From: Candidatus Saganbacteria bacterium
Lineage (GTDB): Bacteria; Margulisbacteria; WOR-1; O2-12-FULL-45-9
Assembly: GCA_016219705.1 (NCBI GenBank)
Contig: JACRKQ010000062.1
Location: forward strand, 1-35,857
DNA length: 35,857 nucleotides
Direction: 5' to 3'
Part shown: one piece after another, positions 32,303 through 35,857 of the stretch
Numbering within the stretch: the first letter of the stretch is position 1
Layout of the letters: each line of letters begins with the position of its first letter
Position numbers and translations under genes: made by a program
Notes under the pieces: model-generated
What the model saw: the letters and a program-made list of their open reading frames with translations, nothing else
The model's database searches: none
What the model was told of the DNA's origin: nothing

Positions 32303-33417
32303 TGCCTTTTTTTTGCAAAAAAACTGCCGTAAAACACCATCATAGGATACCATAGATAATGCCGCCAAGTAATCTCGTCAGCAGAGCGCAGGTTAAAAGC
32401 TGCAACAACCTTATCGCGATGAGGGATGAAATAAGGCCCGATAACGGGAAACAATTCTTGCGGTGAATCTAAGATCAATAAGCGCCAAAAATACCTGCGC
32501 CCTTTATTACCGGATATTATCAGTTTATACGGAAATTTTGTGATGAGAAAACGGTTAATAAAAGAAGTTTTTGGCAGCCTTATTAATAATTTTTCAGGGG
32601 AATCAACTTTCAATAACTCGCGCCTTAATCTCAAACATAATAAAAAAGCCTTGGTCATATTATAGCTTTTGATTAGACCAATAAATTTATCCCAATCAAT
32701 TTCCTGCTCATATCTTAGGATAATTTCCGAAACGTCGACCAATAACTTTAAAGAGGCGAAGGACTTATAAAAGAACATGATCAGAGCATGCAGTAAGAGG
32801 ATCTCGGGTGGAAACATTTTATATTGGAAACCGGCAATATTTTCTGATCGAATATCCCGCCATAAAATCTCCGGCGGGATGCGACAGCGATTGAATGGCG
32901 CCAGATTCCAATGGATCTCCACTCCGCCAATTTCTGGGTGCGTTAAAACTAAATGCTGGCTTTGTTCCAGAAAATATTCCTCTGACAAAGACTCAATACT
33001 TTTCCAGCCGGAATTAATCAATAAATCCCGGGTCTTAATCAGCTCGTTTTCCCTGACCAGGAAATCAATATCGCTGGAATGGCGTAAAGCAATATTGCCA
33101 TAAATTAATTCGGCCCAGACGGGCCCTTTCAGCGCTATAAAGTCGATTCCTTCTTCTGCCAATAATCTAAAAATTTTCTTCTGTCTGGCGTCCAAAGTTA
33201 GGTTATGGATGAGATTATAACGGTAAATTGCCTGTAATGAGGCTTTAGCCGCCGGGGGGATTGATTTATCTCTAAGGTTTAAATATAATAGCGGCGCCAC
33301 CTGGTTGACCAGCGCCAGATCGATTAAATGATCCCAATCGATTTTCCCGTTTAAGAGAGTGTTAATTGCAGAAGTATCTGCTCTGGTTTTAGCGCAAGCA
33401 AAAAGCAATTGGTCCAT
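32299..33417 (-). CDS. Putative nucleotidyltransferase-family protein of the type often found with PqqD-like genes
   Basis: 372 aa. The GPVWAELIYGNIALRHSSDIDFLV region resembles a minimal nucleotidyltransferase fold motif (G[SG]...D.D). Confidence 0.45.
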   Translation of the reverse strand: MDQLLFACAKTRADTSAINTLLNGKIDWDHLIDLALVNQVAPLLYLNLRDKSIPPAAKASLQAIYRYNLIHNLTLDARQKKIFRLLAEEGIDFIALKGPVWAELIYGNIALRHSSDIDFLVRENELIKTRDLLINSGWKSIESLSEEYFLEQSQHLVLTHPEIGGVEIHWNLAPFNRCRIPPEILWRDIRSENIAGFQYKMFPPEILLLHALIMFFYKSFASLKLLVDVSEIILRYEQEIDWDKFIGLIKSYNMTKAFLLCLRLRRELLKVDSPEKLLIRLPKTSFINRFLITKFPYKLIISGNKGRRYFWRLLILDSPQELFPVIGPYFIPHRDKVVAAFNLRSADEITWRHYLWYPMMVFYGSFFAKKRQ

Positions 33418-33422
33418 TCTGC

Positions 33423-35857
33423 TTATTTCGCCGCTGCTTTATAAAGCAGGTAGACAGTGACAACTGATGTTGTCAATTGGGTGATTGCTGTCATTGCCGC
33501 CCCTGTCGTTTGCCAGAATTGGTTCCAATCAAAAGGTTTTTCGTAACGAGCTACTTCACCTGGTTTAGTCGGCACCAGAATGGTATCGCCGGGAGCGATC
33601 GTTAACAGCCAGCGGTCTTTTTCCGTCCGCCCGTTAGCCCGCAGGACAGTAACATTGTTAAGATCAGCGTATTTATTGCCGCCGCCACAAAGATTAATAT
33701 AATAATTGGCTGATTTTCCCTGTTCGTAAAGCAGGCTGGCGCCGGAGGAATAAACATCGCCGATAACGGTGACCGAATTTATCTGGTCGGGGATTGTTAA
33801 AGTGTCGCCATTTTGCAGGACGATGTCCCATTCATTACCCGGCCGGATTTTATTTAAATCAAGCAGGATACGGCCGGGAATTTCCCAATTAATTTTATTT
33901 AAATTGAAATCATAATAGCGTTTGATTTGTTCCGTGCGGTAAAGATTTTCTTCACTGGACAGCCCCATTGGGATGCTCAATAATTCCCGCTCTTCCCGTG
34001 TCTGCAGATCGCGCTGCAGCTGGGTTGCTTCGCTTGTCAGCTGTTGTTTTAACGATTCTCTGGTAAAAACCGCTCCCTCTAAGAAGGCCTTTCCTGTAAA
34101 ACCGCCGGCCCGGGTAACAACTGAACTTAATCTTTCGTTGGGGAAAAGGACATATTTGCCGGGATATAAAAAATTCCCTTGCAAGGTGACTGTGCTGTTG
34201 ACCCGATAATCAGGCAGCCGTCTTATGATTAAATAATCATCTTTTTCCAACAAAAGATCCTCGGTTTTGTCTTTATTTTCTAAAACTAACCGCAAATCAA
34301 TGTTATAAAGATCTATTTTGGCATAGCTTATGGCCCGATAGAGCTCCGCTTTTTCCAGATAAGCGCTCTTTTTAACCCCGCCAGCCTGGAACACCAGGTC
34401 GCTGACCCGCATATTAGCCGTGAGTGGATAGGTTTTATCGCCATCGTTAACCTCACCGGCAATATAAACTTTAGACTCACCCTCAATCCCTTTCTTAGAA
34501 AAAACCCGAACCCGGTCAAATTCCTTTAAAAGAGGATTATTACCCAAATCTCCTTGTTTCGTCTTATTTAAGTCGATAGCCAAGACTTCTGGATGCATAT
34601 CTGGAGGGGCAAGGCGAAAGATTTGGGCGCGGCCAAGATAAGCGTCAGAGGAGAGCCCTTGGGCCTTGTTTAATAAATCTTCTAGCCGCATCTCGCTGGT
34701 TAATTCATACCGCCCGGATCTAGTCACACTCCCTTCTAAGTAAACAACTTTCCTGATGGTAGCATCAATAGAGAAAATGGCAATCGAATCAAGATTCTCC
34801 AGGTAAACCGGATTAACATTTTTAACCTTGAGATAATCGGCATAATTTACATCTTGCGCTCTCTGTTCAATATTTTTGCCGCGTCGTTCAATTTGAATTC
34901 GTTGCAGATAAGAGGTGGGAGTAATGCCGCCGGCTAATTCTACAAAATCACTAAGTTCTGTCGTCCCTTTTAATTCATAAATCGCCGGGCGGTTGACATT
35001 GCCGCTGATAGCCACGACCTTGCCAATCAGCGGCACGCGGATCACATCACCGCTCTGGAGTAAAAGATCCCCCGCTTTGCTGCCGGATAGAATAAATTTA
35101 TACAAATCAACCGTTTTAATTTTCTGACCGTTACGCACGAGTTCGATATTGCGCAATGTCCCGGCGCGCGTCGGGCCGCCGCCCAGAAAAACCGCGTCAT
35201 ATAAAGTGGTATTGGCCAGGGTGGTGTAAGCGCCCGGCTTATTTATTTCACCCGTCAAGTAAATTTTAATTGCGCCTATTTCTTTAAGGGTCAAATCAAC
35301 ATTAAAATCGGTGACAAAGACAATGGCCAGTCGCTGCATTAAGAGCTCTTTTGCTTCGGCCAAAGTAAGCCCGGCTATTGTGACCACGCCAACTTTGGGG
35401 ATGACGACAGAGCCGCGATCATCAACGATCATGGCGAAAGAATCATTAACACTACCCCAGATGGTGACCAATAAATTATCCCCGGGATTAATGCGGTAAT
35501 TGGGTCCAATGGGAAGACTCGATATCAGGGCGAATTTTTGCCCGACAGTTCGCTGAAAGACATCATAGCCGAATTGACGCAGGGTTCCCAACACTTGTTG
35601 AGTCGGTCTCATTTCATCTTTTATTTTACTAATGAAACCTTTTTCGATAGAAGAAAATGCCTCTTTAGGCTGTTCAGCCGGGCTATTGTCAACGGGAGAA
35701 ACGCTTGACTGGCCTTCAGTTGGTTTGGCCGCCGAAGCGCTACTTGGTGACGATGGTTGAGTGGGCGCGGTTGGCGGTGACACAGTGGGATCAACTATCT
35801 CCTTTATTTTACTTTTTTCTTCCGGCGTTAAATTTTGCAATTTTTGCTTTTGCTGGG
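33423..35857 (-). CDS. Polysaccharide-export-type (Wza/KpsD-like) periplasmic protein with about six SLBB repeats and a C-terminal TM helix. The N-terminus lies outside the window.
   Basis: Poly_export-like motif YRINPGDNLLVTIWG. Repeated SLBB-like units (...KPGAYTTLANTTLYDAVFLGGGPT; ...RPAIYELKGTTELSDFVELAGGIT; ...). The frame is open to the window edge. Confidence 0.7.
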   Translation of the reverse strand, partial: QQKQKLQNLTPEEKSKIKEIVDPTVSPPTAPTQPSSPSSASAAKPTEGQSSVSPVDNSPAEQPKEAFSSIEKGFISKIKDEMRPTQQVLGTLRQFGYDVFQRTVGQKFALISSLPIGPNYRINPGDNLLVTIWGSVNDSFAMIVDDRGSVVIPKVGVVTIAGLTLAEAKELLMQRLAIVFVTDFNVDLTLKEIGAIKIYLTGEINKPGAYTTLANTTLYDAVFLGGGPTRAGTLRNIELVRNGQKIKTVDLYKFILSGSKAGDLLLQSGDVIRVPLIGKVVAISGNVNRPAIYELKGTTELSDFVELAGGITPTSYLQRIQIERRGKNIEQRAQDVNYADYLKVKNVNPVYLENLDSIAIFSIDATIRKVVYLEGSVTRSGRYELTSEMRLEDLLNKAQGLSSDAYLGRAQIFRLAPPDMHPEVLAIDLNKTKQGDLGNNPLLKEFDRVRVFSKKGIEGESKVYIAGEVNDGDKTYPLTANMRVSDLVFQAGGVKKSAYLEKAELYRAISYAKIDLYNIDLRLVLENKDKTEDLLLEKDDYLIIRRLPDYRVNSTVTLQGNFLYPGKYVLFPNERLSSVVTRAGGFTGKAFLEGAVFTRESLKQQLTSEATQLQRDLQTREERELLSIPMGLSSEENLYRTEQIKRYYDFNLNKINWEIPGRILLDLNKIRPGNEWDIVLQNGDTLTIPDQINSVTVIGDVYSSGASLLYEQGKSANYYINLCGGGNKYADLNNVTVLRANGRTEKDRWLLTIAPGDTILVPTKPGEVARYEKPFDWNQFWQTTGAAMTAITQLTTSVVTVYLLYKAAAK

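Overview
This window appears to be a chromosomal segment from an uncultivated bacterium; I did not attempt a lineage call. The first ~19 kb is housekeeping. It holds a truncated dcw fragment (mraY, murD), secG, the glycolysis genes gpmI, pfkA and pgi, an RRM RNA-binding protein, an SPFH protein, ligA, the truB/nrnA/rbfA/infB/nusA block, and groES-groEL with a canonical CIRCE operator. From about 19.4 kb to the window end sits an accessory locus that looks like an unusual RiPP-type peptide-modification system. Its parts are listed below.
- Two paralogous precursor peptides with Cys- and Gly/Ser/Thr-rich cores. They share a 'KIKYEKP' leader motif and a 'C-x-TGTSA' core motif.
- Two radical SAM/SPASM maturases.
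- Two paralogous HPr-kinase-like P-loop proteins.
- Three glycosyltransferases.
- An ABC-B exporter.
- An operon encoding a PqqD-like (RRE) protein, an S24/S26 signal-peptidase-like protease and a putative nucleotidyltransferase, co-transcribed with a multi-SLBB Wza-like export protein.
- A methylthioadenosine / 5'-deoxyadenosine salvage trio (mtnP, apt, mtnA) lies in the middle of this locus.
Other notable sequence structures are a 120-bp array of GTTAC/GTAAC pentamers phased at exactly 10 bp at the 3' end of murD, an AT-rich palindromic repeat between mraY and murD, and a small signal-peptide ORF interrupted at an A9 homopolymer. All functional calls rest on motif recognition by eye. No database search was run.
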